A DNA stretch of 63,740 nt, counting the filler, from Octopus bimaculoides (taxonomy: Eukaryota), in the NCBI RefSeq assembly GCF_001194135.2. It is 7 parts of 7 records of this genome, joined end to end, with 100 filler letters (N's around TTAATTAATTAA, not from the genome) between each part and the next. Parts side by side here need not be neighbours in the genome. Positions count along the whole stretch, not along the records: positions 1 to 25,284 come from NC_068988.1; positions 25,385 to 36,952 come from NC_069005.1; 5 more parts are not named here. The stretch is one strand, 5' to 3'. Below, in pieces: positions 12,412 through 25,394 of the stretch. Numbering within the stretch: the first letter of the stretch is position 1; every line of letters starts with the position of its first letter. The translations under genes and the position numbers were made by a program. Below the pieces are notes generated by a model. That model had not been told where the DNA came from, searched no databases, and worked only from the letters and a program-made list of their open reading frames with translations.

Positions 12412-12471
12412 TATTAACAAACTGATTCGCTGCGAAAACTGTAGTTTTCGCAGCGAATCAGTTTGTTAATA
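12412..12471. repeat. Perfect 29-bp inverted repeat with 2-nt spacer
   Basis: TATTAACAAACTGATTCGCTGCGAAAACT-gt-AGTTTTCGCAGCGAATCAGTTTGTTAATA. Confidence 0.95.
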
Positions 12472-12481
12472 TTTCAATCAC

Positions 12482-12672
12482 TTAAAGGCGGCGAGTTGGC
12501 AGACTCGTTAGCACGCCGGGCGAAATTCTTAGCAGTATTTCGTCTGTCTTTACGTTCTGAGTTCAAATTCCGCCGAGTTCGACTTTGCCTTTCAGGGTCA
12601 ATAAATTAAGTACCAGTTGCGTACTGAGGTCGATCTAATCGACTGACCCCCTCCCCCAAAATTTCGGGCCTT
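12482..12672 (+). mobile_element. SINE family B
   Basis: Near-complete copy of the same consensus as 8872. Confidence 0.85.
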
Positions 12673-13439
12673 TTGCTTTTTCAATCGTTTATCTTCTGCG
12701 TTTGTTATTGGTTCTGGTAGGTGTCCTGGGTTTTGTGTTTTGGAGGCACTTCAGTTTGTCAGAATGTTATAGATACTCAATTTGTTTTTCCTAAATTTAT
12801 ATGAAAGAGGAATGTTTGTGTGTTCGGACATCTAGAAGAAACTAAGAAATTACGCAATGAGTCGCTTATTTTGAAGCTGATATCCGTCGGCGTTTAAAAG
12901 GTAGAAGAGATGTGTGCATATTCGAATAATCAGAGAAAGCACTTAAATACTCACAGAAAATTGAAGATAATCAGGTTTTTGAAGTTTTTAAATTGAAGAT
13001 ACTGTAGTCTATATGTTTTCTTAAGGCGACTACTGCAGTTTTGCAGCTTTCTACTGCATATTCACGTCAAGTAAAATATACAAAAATGCTATTTTAAATT
13101 TTTAATGGGGAAAATCTTTTTTAACCTTTAGTGCTAAGTGCACCAATAATTTATATTTTTAAGTTTTGATCCCCCTGTGTGTCACGAAATCAAAAAAGAT
13201 TGAAAATCACCACTGTATAGTAACAATCAATACATGGTTTGCAGAGAAAAAAAAAAACCGGCTGACTATTTCGACCTATTTCGGTCACTTCGCTCCAAGC
13301 AGACGATTACCAGATGTTACACAGTCGAATTCTGTTAGATAGAACTTACTTCTAACTTAAAGGGTGTTGGGAGAACTGTTGCAGATTAGAATTTATTTTG
13401 AAACGGTTGTCCCGAGGGTATTTCTATCTTGTATGAAAC

Positions 13440-13790
13440 AGGCATGACTGTGTGGGTAAGATCCAGTCCCAGTGTCCGACACACTGGGCAAATGTCTTCT
13501 GTTATAGTCTCAGCCAACCAAAGCCTGTTGAGGGCATTTGGAAGACGTAAGCTGGAAGAAGCCCGTCGTATAAATATGCATGTGTGTGTGTGTTAGTCTG
13601 CAACAACCACTTGGCAACCAGTGCTGGTTTGTTTACGTCTCCGTAACTTCGCGATTGGGTAATGGACACCGATAGAATAAGTACCATGCTTAAAGAAAAA
13701 TAACTGAGTGGAGGGAAATTTGTTTAAATAACGCCTTCAATGTGATACCCACAACATAGTCGCAGTCCAGTAACTGGAATAAGAAAAGGT
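13440..13790 (+). mobile_element. SINE family A, head + internal (TG)n + 3' half, decayed
   Basis: Both halves align by eye to other family A copies. Confidence 0.75.
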
Positions 13791-14718
13791 TAAAAAAAAC
13801 CCAAACAAAACGTTTTTTATATAGTTATAAATCCACAGATTTGGTGTGAGGGAAGCAGTTAGATCGATTCTTGCATTCTATTGACACTGTTTTATCGTTC
13901 TCTGGAAGAGCAAAATCAATCCAAACGGGTTTCGAACTCAGATTGTAAGTGACGCAACTAAATATTGCAAAGACATTTTGTCTGATATTCTACGGTATCT
14001 GCCAAGTAATATGGCAGTTTACATTTTTTTTTTTTCAATTTGCAACGTCACCCGACTGAAATTAATTGGCATGGTTTACCATTTTAAAGTAAACAACATT
14101 CTGAAGTCTATGGGCTGAAAACAAATTGTAAATACAGCATATTCAAATTTAAGCAACGTAAGCAACATTCACACTTTCTGCTCAGTGTGACGTTATAACT
14201 TAGGATAAAGATACCATTTTGGCTGATGAGACCTAAGTATGTCTTAGCGATCTACTGGACTGCAAGTTAGGATTTATTTCTCATTTCACACGTTACTGTG
14301 TTACATACATACATACATACATATTCACACACTACTTATCCTCTCCTTCTCTTTTTGCGTATCTATGTCTGTATGTATTGTCAAGAACATAACTCTCTGG
14401 TGAAGTTCGCTTCACAATCACGTGCTGATGAGTTCGATCTCATTAAACAATACTTTTGCATGTATTTTTTTTCCACTGTAATATATATACTTGAGTTGAT
14501 GTGACTGGAATTTCGTAGACAAAAACTGTGAAACAACCAACCGGTTCAGTAGCCTGTTATGCGGGAGTTACCTGAATGTGCCGACGCTTCTTCAGACAAC
14601 TCCAGGGTAACAAGTTTTTCTCTGAACCAGCTTAAATATACTAGTACACTGTAAATTTGTATTGAGCACTCCACTAGATCGTTATCCAACAAAGGCCACG
14701 CGCAAAATGTCTGTACAT

Positions 14719-15470
14719 AGGTGCAAGCGTGGCTGTGTGGTAAGGAGTTTGCTTCGCAACCACATGGTCCCGGGTTCAGTTCCACTCCGTGGTACCTTGG
14801 GCACATGTTCTCTACTTATAGCTTTGGGACGACCAAAGCCTTGTAAGTAGATATGGTGGACGGAAACTGAAAAAAGTCTGTCGTGTGTGTGTGTGTGTAA
14901 GAATACAAAAATGGGACAGGACGCAATAGGCGACAACAAACCATCCAGACAGATGATATAGAAAGGGACAAGAAAAAACAAGGATGGGTCATTCGGAGTT
15001 TTCCTTCTTCAGTCGAGTTCCAGATCATCTTTTCAGTTTCGACTGGTTATACTCGAGACTGCTCCAATCTGGCCAGCCCCAAGGAAAATCTAAGCGAAGA
15101 GCACTAGACTCCTTGAAAGAAAGCAGTGAATGTATACGAAAACAAGGACAGAAAAAAAAACGGAGAAATGGAACACAAATAAAAATGCAAACAACAGGAC
15201 GAGGAAGAAAGAAAAAAGGAAAAGGGGCAGAGTGAAGTGAAATATATATTTGTGTGTGTCTGTGTTTGTCCCCCACCATCATTTGACAACCGATGTTGGT
15301 GTGCTTATGTCCCCGTAACTTAGCGGTTCGGCAAAAGAGAAAATAGAATAAGTACTAGGCTTACAAAGAATAAGTCCCGGGGTCGGTTTCTTCGACCAAA
15401 AACCCTTTAAGGTGGTGCTTCAGCATGGCCACAGTCAAAGGACTGAAACAAGTAAAAGAATAAAAGAATA
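14719..15470 (+). mobile_element. SINE family A split by an insertion (about 14905-15235) in its internal microsatellite
   Basis: Head at 14719-14895 and 3' half at 15250-15470. The intervening purine-rich segment reads CTGAAGAAGG on the minus strand and is possibly a Penelope-type terminus. Confidence 0.7.
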
Positions 15471-15514
15471 TGTGTGTTGAAGATATTTATAGTGTCGTTT
15501 TCTGTTCCTGCAAC

Positions 15515-16228
15515 CAGTGGCGGCTCGTGTATAGGCACTGCGGAATTGCAGCACCCTCTATTTCCACTCGATATTATCGATAATATTCAATATTTTTTTC
15601 TTTAATTATTTCTTTATACTTGTACATCATATAATCCTTATGCATAATGTCAGTAGCCATCCCTTAGTTTATGAAAAAAAAAAAAAAAAAGAAATACAAA
15701 AGTCTTTGTATAGAAGTGTGTGCTTCTCAGTTCCAGCGACGCGTGTTTTGGCTGTTGTGCGTATGCTCACATGTCCAAGATAGGAAGCTTCACGCTAGGG
15801 AGAAAGAACACTGTCGTTCATGCAGTGCCGACTTCGGTGTGCTGGTGAAAAGTGGTGTTTCTTTTTAACTTCGCGTGTGTTGTGCTTAAAACCGTGTTTA
15901 TGTTAGTGATTGTGATAAAGTATAGTATTAGATTATTATCCTGCTTCCAGCTTCGGTGCTGCTGCCAGGATTTGAAAAAAAGGGCAAATTCCACCCCCTC
16001 CCTTATTTTTCTGATTTAGGGGGAATTTTTGAAAAACAAGGGGGAATTCGCGGCAGTGTTCACTGAACAAATTAAGCATACTACTCGGCAATGGCTAAAA
16101 CGCGAACTGATCAAGTTTATGTATAAATTTTCTTTTTATATGTTTGTTTCCATTTACACAATATTAAAACAACGGCTAAAAATTTTCTGAAGCAGCACTC
16201 CACTAATTTTATCTATGAGCCGCCAATG
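15515..16228. mobile_element. hAT-type non-autonomous element, 714 bp
   Basis: TIRs CAGTGGCGGCTCGTG / TATGAGCCGCCAATG. 8-bp TSD CCTGCAAC (15507-15514) vs CCTGCAGC (16229-16236). Confidence 0.8.
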
Positions 16229-16534
16229 CCTGCAGCATAGTTGCTGAACAGATAGAGAATATCAAATCAGTTGTTGGGTAGATTATAAACTATTAAAACC
16301 TTTGAAGCTGGGTGCCCTAGCACGGCGCAGCATAACGGCTAAAACCAAAGACAGAATAACAAAACGTACGTGCCTGTGAATGCATGCATTATAATGTGTG
16401 TGTGTTTATCCTTTTTCAAGCTGTCTAGATGTCTGTCTATACTAATGTGTCAATTTTACACACGCGCGCGCACATACACACACGCGCTGAAACGAACTTA
16501 TTTTAAAACCACGGAATATTTTATTGTTCACAGT

Positions 16535-16925
16535 GATCGTTGTTGTTGGCACTCCGTCGCTTACGACGTCGAGAGTTCCAGTTGATCCGATCAACGGAAC
16601 AGCCTGCTCGTGAAATTAACGTGCAAGTGGCTGAGCACTCCACAGACACGTGTACCCTTAACGTAGTTCTCGGGGATATTCAGCGTGACACAGTGTGACA
16701 AGGCTGACCCTTTGAATTATAGGCACAACAGAAACAGAAACAGGAAGTATGAGTGAGAGAAAGTTTTGGTGAAAGAGTACAGCAGGGTTCGCCACCATCT
16801 CCTGCTGGAGCTTGGTGGAGCTTTAGGTGTTTTCGCTCAATAAACACTCACAACGCCCGGTCTGGGAATCGAAACCGCGATCCTATGACCGCGAGTCCGC
16901 TGCCCTAACCACTGGGCCATTGCAT
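16535..16925 (-). mobile_element. tRNA-derived SINE family D, well preserved
   Basis: Minus-strand head TGGCCCAGTGGTTAGGGCAGCGGACTCGCGGTC...GGTTTCGATTCCCAGACCGGGCG. The 3' part recurs at 58445-58625. Confidence 0.85.
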
Positions 16926-17050
16926 TATAATATAATAGTTAACCAATAATACACAAACTCCACATGTCAAGACTTAATACATAAGATCGATGCTAGATAG
17001 GTTACTCCCACCTCTCTGCTGTCTGTCTCTTTAACACACACACACACACG

Positions 17051-17082
<32 letters not shown>

Positions 17083-17299
17083 TATATACATCGATGTTTA
17101 CATACGCGTGCACCTTTTCTCTAGTTTCCTTCAAATAATAATAAAAATGACGATGATGGTCGTGGTGTTCTTTAGCAAACGGACAACATATTAAAGTTGA
17201 CTGTTATGTCGGCGATATTATTAGTATTATTGGATAGTGATGTGGTTTTGTGATAGAGGTACTTTTGTAGGAAGTAAAACAGTCTTCTTTCTGTTGAGG

Positions 17300-18230
17300 T
17301 TTCTGTTATCGTCTCCACCTGCAAATTGGTTTCTGTTGTGTGTATGCAATACATGTATAATATATGTGTATATGTTAATAGTGTGTGTGTGTTTGTGTGT
17401 GTATGTATATATATATGTGTGTGCGTGTGATTGCGTGCGTGTAATACCTATTTTGTTTGTGTATATTTCAGTGTGTCGTAGGCTTTGTGTGTACATCAGC
17501 ATGTGTATGAATGTATGTGTAATATGTGTGTGTGTGTGTGTGTGCGTGCACGCTGTATGTTATGTGTGTGTATTGTCTGCGTGGGTGTAATATGTATGTG
17601 TATGGTGTTCATTGTGTGTATGTATGTTTATGTTTGTATGTATGTATGCATGCATGCATATATGTATGTATTTTTGTATTTATATACAACGTCTATGTTT
17701 GTATACGAATGTAATAGATGCGTAATGTGTATGCCTGTCTGCCCCTCTTAGTGTGTTTATCGTCTGTGGTGTATGTGTTAGCTAAAACATTATCTGCATT
17801 TCTGTATGTGTGTTTCTACCTCGATATCTATGTGTATTAGAATGTGGATTTCTGTATGTGTATATGTAATGTGTGTAGGTATGTAAAATATGCGACTTAC
17901 ACTATCTAAACAATTGTATATTGGATGCATTTATATGAGAGTCTTTGAAATATTTTATGTATTGTGATGTATGTGCATTGTGTATATATGCATTGTATGC
18001 GTTTTATGTGTGTGTGTATGATACTCTTATTGTATTTAGACTGTTTTTCTGTGTATTGTGGATATGCATTGTATGCACTTATGCGTGTGTATAGTGTTTT
18101 TATTGTATTTAGATATTGTGATGTGAGTGTGTATTGATTGCTTATGTGTAATGTGCAAGTGATATATCTTGTCTCCACTTACTCATCACAGCCATAGTTT
18201 TATCGTGTATATATGTGTAAAACAGGGTGA
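17300..18230. repeat. About 0.9 kb degenerate (TG)n/(TATG)n-derived low-complexity tract
   Basis: Strong G+T skew on the plus strand, with progressively decayed di- and tetranucleotide periodicity. Confidence 0.85.
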
Positions 18231-20809
18231 TTTGTAACTATACTATAGTTATGCTATCATATATTTAAATGTGTACGTTGTTGTTGGTGTGTGTGTTTCG
18301 TATATTGTTCCAAAATGGCGTATTTTGCCTTTAAATAATTCAAAGAAGCAGACGGTCTATTTTAATTTTTTTTTTTTTTTATTATTCTCTTCCTGCCTTT
18401 CTATTCTGCTAACAATGAGTAAAAGCGAATTCCTTGGTTTAATACTTGTGTTTATTTCTGTTATTATTAGTTTCGTTTAACTATGTACGATATTCATTGA
18501 TTTCATCTAGTTTCTAACTTCGGCACAACACTTTTTTCTTTTTTTTTTTTCATGCACGAGAAGGATTTTAGTAAATTAAAGTCATCAATGTATATTACTG
18601 GTACCTGTTTCATTAACCCATGGATGGGATAATAGTTATTGGAATTGGCAAGCTGGTGACAGTCTCTCGGCAATGATCATATTAACAATAAAAATAACAG
18701 GCATACATTGTGCCGGTCATGGTGGTTTAACGCCATGCCACATTGGACTCCATCAAGCCAGTCTACTGTTAAACGCATTCTAGTCGTAATCACATCTACC
18801 TTTTATTTTTGTGTCAGTGTATCTTGGACTATCGTATTAAATCTGTACAAGCCGATTTGATTGCTGTTTCTGACAGACAGAGTAACCTTGTAGACGTTTC
18901 TTCGTTGGTTTGGGTTATGGATTGTTGTTGAGATCTAAAGCAGTTCATATCAGGCAGATTGAAAGCATTTTATCCGTGTTCAACCCTGTTTTATATGCTG
19001 CCACTGTATAATCTAGGACTATATCATCCATTGCATTATCTCTTTTTGGTAACGGTCGAGAGTGGTTTTGGGGAAATTTGGTTGCTGTTTCTAGCAGGCC
19101 GAGAGATCATGTAGAGGCTGCCTCATTAATTACAGTCTATGTCTATATCGTGATATGATCGATCTCTCTACGTTGTAAGATGAATCAGACTAACTTTTTA
19201 GGTGTGGTCTTGTGTTGTAGTGGTAGAATAAAGTTTAGTGGAAAGATAAAAACAACGTCAGTCAATGGAATCTGATTTCGATACATAGATAGAGAGCATC
19301 TGGAGCGCATCTTGTCTAGTGATATTAATTTCTCTTATAGGCACAGAACCAGGACATTGTTGGAGCGAGAAACTATCGTTAATTGAATTTTTGTCAAGCC
19401 TGGGAAAAGTAAAAAGCAAAGTCAGTCTTCGTGGGATTTTGAAGCGGAGTGTAAAATGTTATAACTAGATACATCAATGCATTCTGTTTGGGGTTACCGT
19501 TTGAGGAAAGGGCTGAACGTTGCCACATCTCATGTGCGACCTGCAGGAATTTTTCTTCTAATTTTCTGTTATAATTCCATTCATATCTAGAACATTTTAT
19601 AGCAAGTGTGCGCAACTTTTTTCAAGAAGCAGACCGCATGAGAAATGTGCTGCGCTACTGAAATAAATTCAAAGTAATTTTTTGTTACGTGTGCCATTCA
19701 GAAAGTCATGCAGGCCGCACTTTGTCCCATGACTGCTTAACAGGTTTATAAAATCGACCCCCTATTTGACTGATACTTTTTTTTTATCGATCCTGGAAGG
19801 ATGAAAGGCTAACTTGGTGGGATTTGAACTCAGAACATAAATGTCCATTACAAAGTTATCCAGAGGCATTTTGCCTGAAGCTCTAACGATTCTATTAATC
19901 TCTGACCAACATACAAAAGTGCATGTATAAAAACATATGGTTTCAATACACTTTTAGTAGAAAGATTTGGAAGAACTAGAAGAAAGTTCTTCGGTAATTT
20001 TCTTTCATGTAAATTAATGTTTATGTTAATTTAAGAATTTGACAGCAAAATCTTATGAAATGACAATGTTCTAAAAGATGTACACGTTTATATATTATAT
20101 ATGAAAATAAAATTTAAACTCCCAAAACATATGTATACACATGGTTACAGATATAATTATTAAATGATATATACCAGCTGTGCCCTATCAGTTTTTGCGC
20201 TGCAGATGGGTTTCATGCAACACAATTTTTCCATGGACCAGAGGATCACGCACAGAACAAAACAATAATAAAATGCGTAAAATATATAATCTATTACGAA
20301 GCATTCAGCTATAGAAACCATCCCTAAGCAGATAGTAGAACTTCATGCAATCTTCTGGCTTGCTAACTCCTATTAAACTGTCCAACCCTTGCCAGTATGG
20401 AAGACAGATGTTAAACGATGATGATGATGATGATACATAGTAACATATGATGCAAAGACAGCCTGCAGACTGCAATAATCTGTGTGGTAAGAAGCTTACT
20501 TCCCAACCACATGGTTCCGAATTCAGTTCCACTGCGTGCACCTTGTGCAGGTGTTTTTCCACTATAACCTTGGGCTAACCAAAGCCTTGTGAGTGGATTT
20601 GGTAGACAGAAACTGAAGGAAGCCAGCTCGAAACGTAAAACCACCTTTCTTTCCTTCCCTGAGCATCTGCTAGTATTTAACATGTACCACGTCCTCGTGT
20701 TTTTGTTTTTTTACTGTTTTTTTTTATTTATATATATGTGTGTGTGTATGTGTGAGTGTGTGTGTGTGTATGTGTGTGTTTGAGTCTTTGTATCTGTATT
20801 TATACCCCT

Positions 20810-21009
20810 ACCCTGGCGCCTGTGCTGGTAACACATAAAAAGCACCCACTACACTCTTGGAGTGGTTGGCGTTAGGAAGGGCATCCAGCTGTAGAAACAT
20901 TACCACATCAGATTGGAGCCTGGTGCAGCCGCTGGCTCTCCAGACTTCAGTCAAACGATCCAACCCATGCCAGCTTGGAAAACGGACGTTAAATGATGAT
21001 GATGATGAT
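20810..21009 (+). mobile_element. Retroposon family E, 3' portion with (GAT)n tail
   Basis: GAGTGGTTGGCGTTAGGAAGGGCATCCAGCTGTAGAAAC...AACCCATGCCAGC..GGAAAACGGACGTTAAA(TGA)n. Relatives at about 20360-20430, 37550-37750 (-), 41420-41600, 43190-43350 (-). Confidence 0.75.
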
Positions 21010-21110
21010 ATATTGATGAACCTGCAACATATATATTAATAGATGTACTACTCATTGGATGTTTTTATTTATGTACATATTTTGGTGTATATGTACGTAT
21101 TATGTATGAT

Positions 21111-21158
<48 letters not shown>

Positions 21159-21256
21159 NNNNNNNNNNNNNNNNNNNNNNNNNNNNNNNNNNNNNNNNNN
21201 NNNNNNNNNNNNNNNNNNNNNNNNNNNNNNNNNNNNNNNNNNNNNNNNNNNNNNNN

Positions 21257-21303
<47 letters not shown>

Positions 21304-21590
21304 TATATATATATAGATATATATATATATATATATATTGATGAACCTGCAACATATATTAATAGATGTACTACTCATTGGGTGTTTTATTTATGTACAT
21401 ATTTGAGTGTATATCTACATATTATGTATTATATGTGTACATTCATACATATATATATACATACACACACACACACACATAAATATTGATGAACCTTCAA
21501 CATATATATAAGTTGATGTACTACTCACTGAATGTTTTTATTTATGTGCATATTTGGGTGTACATGTGCATATTATGTATTGATGAACCT
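21010..21590 (+). repeat. About 100-bp unit repeated 3 times (plus the start of a 4th), separated by (AT)n/(AC)n tracts
   Basis: ATATTGATGAACCT.CAACATATAT...GATGTACTACTCA.TG.TG...ATTTATGT.CATATT...ATTATGTAT starts at 21010, 21335 and 21483; partial at about 21578. Confidence 0.9.
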
Positions 21591-21704
21591 CTTGAGCATA
21601 ATAAAAATCAATGAGACCATATCAAAAATTAGAGCAAATATATCTAAACATCATTTAATGCAGCCTAATGGAAAATAATTAATGCAAGCAAATATATTAA
21701 CTCA

Positions 21705-21922
21705 TAATCCTTTCTACTATAGGCACAAGGCCTGAAATTTGGGGAAGAGGAATAGTTGATTACATCGACCCCAGTACTCAGCTGGTACTTATTCTATCAA
21801 TCCTGAAAGGATAAAAGGCAAAGTGGACCTTGGTGGAATTTGAACTCAGAACATAAAGACAGGTGAAATATTGCTTAGCATTTTGCCCGGCATGCTAACA
21901 ATTCTGCCAGCTCACCGCCTTA
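21705..21922 (-). mobile_element. SINE family B, full length
   Basis: Reverse complement of the consensus from TAAGGCGGTGAGCTGGCAG to the TAGAAAGGATTAT tail. Confidence 0.85.
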
Positions 21923-22039
21923 AATGTATAAACACGTACCGACTAACTCTTGTGTTCAATACTGCTGTAATATGTGCCAGATAATTTTTGAATGCATTTG
22001 GTGGATACAGTTTCACCCCTTGCTGGTTGATTATTTGTT

Positions 22040-22443
22040 AGAATATGGTGTAGCTCTTGGCAGGTCTTCCCGTCCACTCATTGTCTTCCAGGGATGTTAT
22101 TCCACTTTTGAAGCACCTGTGACACTCAGAACATTGCGTACAACTTATTGCCTTGTTGCTGTAAGCTTGCCAAAGCATGTTCAATGTCGGTATAGCGGAC
22201 TTCCCATGGTCAACACAAAATTTCAGGTTGGTTCTTTGTTCCTGTCTGACAAAATCGCAGACTACAGCCTGCATGTGATCACAAAAACACAAATTTCACA
22301 AGTTGAGGCGTAAACAGAATGATGTCACTTGGCACACTGTCTCATGAAGGTCACTGCTAGCTCTCACTGCACATGCAACTATGTGCTGCCATCTGTTAAC
22401 GTGCTACAGAACTAGCCTGGGAACTTTTTGACACCACCTCGTA
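22040..22443 (-). mobile_element. Mariner DNA transposon, 5' fragment (TIR + decayed HTH N-terminus)
   Basis: Minus-strand end TACGAGGTGGTGTCAAAAAGTTCC. Peptide EQRTNLKFCVDHGKSAIPTLNMLWQAYSNKAIS.TQC.E.HR.FKSG.TSLED.E..GRP matches the mariner transposase N-terminus. Confidence 0.85.
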
Positions 22444-22461
22444 ATCATATTGTCCCCTGAA

Positions 22462-22677
22462 CCCTTTTGTTACTGTATTTATTTTGAGATGCTCTGTGTT
22501 TCTTTCAATTACTTTATATATAACAAAGAATTTAGTAAAATAACTTAGTTAGCATTCAGCTAGTGTTAGGAACATAAATTTTGACTAAGGTTTGGTGGAA
22601 GATTTTAATTTAAAACTTATGAAAACAAGACATACTCGGAGCCAGAGCGGGTTTCAGCCAGGTTGGTAATGAAAGGG
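22462..22677. mobile_element. piggyBac-like MITE, 216 bp
   Basis: Ends CCCTTTTGTTAC / GTAATGAAAGGG, flanked by TGAA (22458-22461) and TTAA (22678-22681). Confidence 0.7.
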
Positions 22678-22784
22678 TTAAACATAAGACTGAAATTACC
22701 TTGTAATGTCTTAACAGCGGGTGCTCCCTATGTATGTTGTTCTTTGACATATGATACAATATCATTGAGAAGAGAGAGGTTCCT

Positions 22785-23000
22785 TTTTCTTTTATTTGTT
22801 TCTGTCATTTGATTGCAGCCATGCTGGAGCACTACCATAAGGAGTTTTAGTCAAAGAAATTGACCCCCAGGATTTATTCTTTGTAAGCCTAGTACTTATT
22901 CTATTGGTCTCTTTTGCCGAACCGCTAATTTATGGGTATGTAAACATGTCAACATCAGTTGTCAAGTGATGGTGGTGGGGACAAGCACAGACACAATCAC

Positions 23001-23065
<65 letters not shown>

Positions 23066-23231
23066 ACAGACTTCTTCAGTTTCTGGCAACCAAATCCATT
23101 CACAGGGCTTTGGTTGGCCCAAGGCTATAATAGAAGAAACTTGCCCAAAGTGCTACACTGTGGGACTGAACCTAGAACCATTAGAACCATGAGGCTGGGA
23201 AGCAAGCTTCTTACCACAGCCATGCCTGTGC
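22785..23231 (-). mobile_element. SINE family A, full length, with internal (AT)n
   Basis: Both halves are present in reverse orientation around the microsatellite. Confidence 0.85.
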
Positions 23232-23315
23232 CTTGTTCAATATCTTTGTGTGATCTTTCCAAAGACAATTCAAATGCTCTCTTTAGTATATAGTAGAATA
23301 AGTTATTCTCTCTTC

Positions 23316-23670
23316 CAGGGCTGTGGGGTCAGAGTCGGAGTCATGGAGTTGGAGCCTGAGTCGTGGAGTTGGAGTTGGAGTCAGAAACAGTTAAGGGGTA
23401 GCTGGAGTTGGAGTCAGTAAAACTATACTGATTCTGACTCTGACTCACAATAACTTTATTCTTTGCTATAAACCAGTTATAACATATGGGCCTACTCAAA
23501 GTACAAGTGTATGCATATGCTTTATGAGATATGTAGACCACAATCACTTAATTACATAAAGAGGAGTCGGAGTTGGAGCCAGGGGTGCCAATGGTGTCGG
23601 AGTCGGAGTTGGGGGTGCCAATGGTGTCGGTGTTGGAGTTGGAATTTTTTGTTTTGACTCCACAGCCTTG
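23316..23670. mobile_element. hAT-type MITE with GGAGTY subterminal repeats, 355 bp
   Basis: TIRs CAGGGCTGTGGGGTC / GACTCCACAGCCTTG. TSD CTCTCTTC (23308-23315) vs CTCTCTTT (23671-23678). Many GGAGTC/GGAGTT hexamers. Confidence 0.85.
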
Positions 23671-24710
23671 CTCTCTTTGTGTGAGGCTCCTTCACATAAG
23701 CAATTTTGTATGCATCATTGTATGAAGCCTACTGTATTGCGTTGGTGTTATTTTCATAGAAAACTTTTGTGGTGTCGAAATGCTGTTAGTTTGAAACTGA
23801 TAACAGAGATAATCTTCATCCCTTTTGGCTAAATTTGGATGATATTCTTATAAATGAGGTTTATATTTAGCAGGGTTAATCAAGTCATTAGCCAGCGTTT
23901 GAAACACAGCAATGCAGCCATGTCTGCACTCGCCTAAATAACCATGCACAAACACTGACACATGTATACACAAACATGTACACACTCACACATGCATACA
24001 CATGAACACACAAGGTTATCTTTGGCACAAAACATGCATAACACTTTTTCTGTATGTAAAACATAGGAAGCTGTTTAATGATCCGAAGACTCATTTCAAC
24101 TGTACTTTGCTGATGAGATCAGTGGAGCCAAAACCTATACTCATGGCTGTCATTTACATATGAAACAAATCAAGCTGTCCTATCCCATTGTATGGAAGTT
24201 AAGTCCTAAATTATCTTGAAAGTATCTCTAACTAACGGTTGCCACTGAGTTTTTGTTTGCCTTCTCTAACTCAAGAGGAAATTTCATTGAATTAAAAGCT
24301 TATAACAATCTATTGCATACAGCGTTCAGTATATCCCCTTTAATGAATGTGTGTGTGTGTAAGAAAAGAGAGATGGGGGTGGTGTGGGGGTAGAGAAATT
24401 TCAAGGCAAAGAGAAATCATTTAAGAAAAGTTAGTTAGATGCAAAAATAAAAATGAAAGCAAAACCATTCATGTCTTTGAAGAGATGAGTTGTAAAAGAC
24501 AATCTCGGCAATGTATTTGTGCAATTAACTTTTGTGAAAAGATTTCCTTCCACCTTTTACCCAGCACACACACAAATATGTATACAGATATGTGTGTGTC
24601 TGTATATACGTATGTGTATGTGCATGTATGTATATATATTTATCTCTCTCTCTCTCTCTCTCTCTCTCTNNNNNNNNNNNNNNNNNNNNNNNNNNNNNNN
24701 NNNNNNNNNN

Positions 24711-24754
<44 letters not shown>

Positions 24755-25394
24755 TAGCATTTGTCAGTTGGTAATTAAGTTTTTTGTTAACTTTTTTTTG
24801 TTACAGTGTAATTCATTAAATGTAAACATGTAATTAAATTATCTTTATACAGCTAACAGTCTACTATTTTTCAACACTTCTGCTTTAATCATTCGCATCA
24901 GTCCGACTCTTCTGTTTCGAAAATTTTCTTCTCTGCTTAACTCTTTTTTTTCTTCTTTCTTTCTTTTCTCGTTTTTTTTTTTTTTGCATTTTGCTTCATA
25001 GTTGCCTAACCATCTAGTGAGCTTACCTTCAAGGTAGAGAGCGTGTTTCATAGAAACATTATTTATGCTTCAGCACAAATTTAATGTAGATACATGTGTA
25101 TGTGTGCGCGCACACACACACAGAGGTTCACATGTGTATGTGGTCATGTATATGTGTATATATATATGTATGTATATAAATGTATATACATATATATATA
25201 TATAATAATATACGTATATATATGTGTATACATATACATATATATAACATTTATGTATATAAATGTATATATATATGTATATATNNNNNNNNNNNNNNNN
25301 NNNNNNNNNNNNNNNNNNNNNNNNNNNNTTAATTAATTAANNNNNNNNNNNNNNNNNNNNNNNNNNNNNNNNNNNNNNNNNNNNTATATATATA

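Noticed and set aside
14985-15075. CTGAAGAAGGAAAACTCCGAATG on the minus strand as a hammerhead
   Set aside because: GAAA is GAAT, and I could not form stem I or an NUH site in any topology.
14222-24135. Other CTGATGAG hits (14223, about 14417, about 24110) and 57315, 58330 on the minus strand
   Set aside because: They lack GAAA or stem pairing and are too degenerate to call.
25329-25340. TTAATTAATTAA islands inside N runs (also 36997, 45666, 57008, 59304, 62620)
   Set aside because: Where counted (25285-25384) it is centred in a 100-bp block (44 N + 12 + 44 N), and the other five look the same. This is a scaffolding or join marker, not biology.
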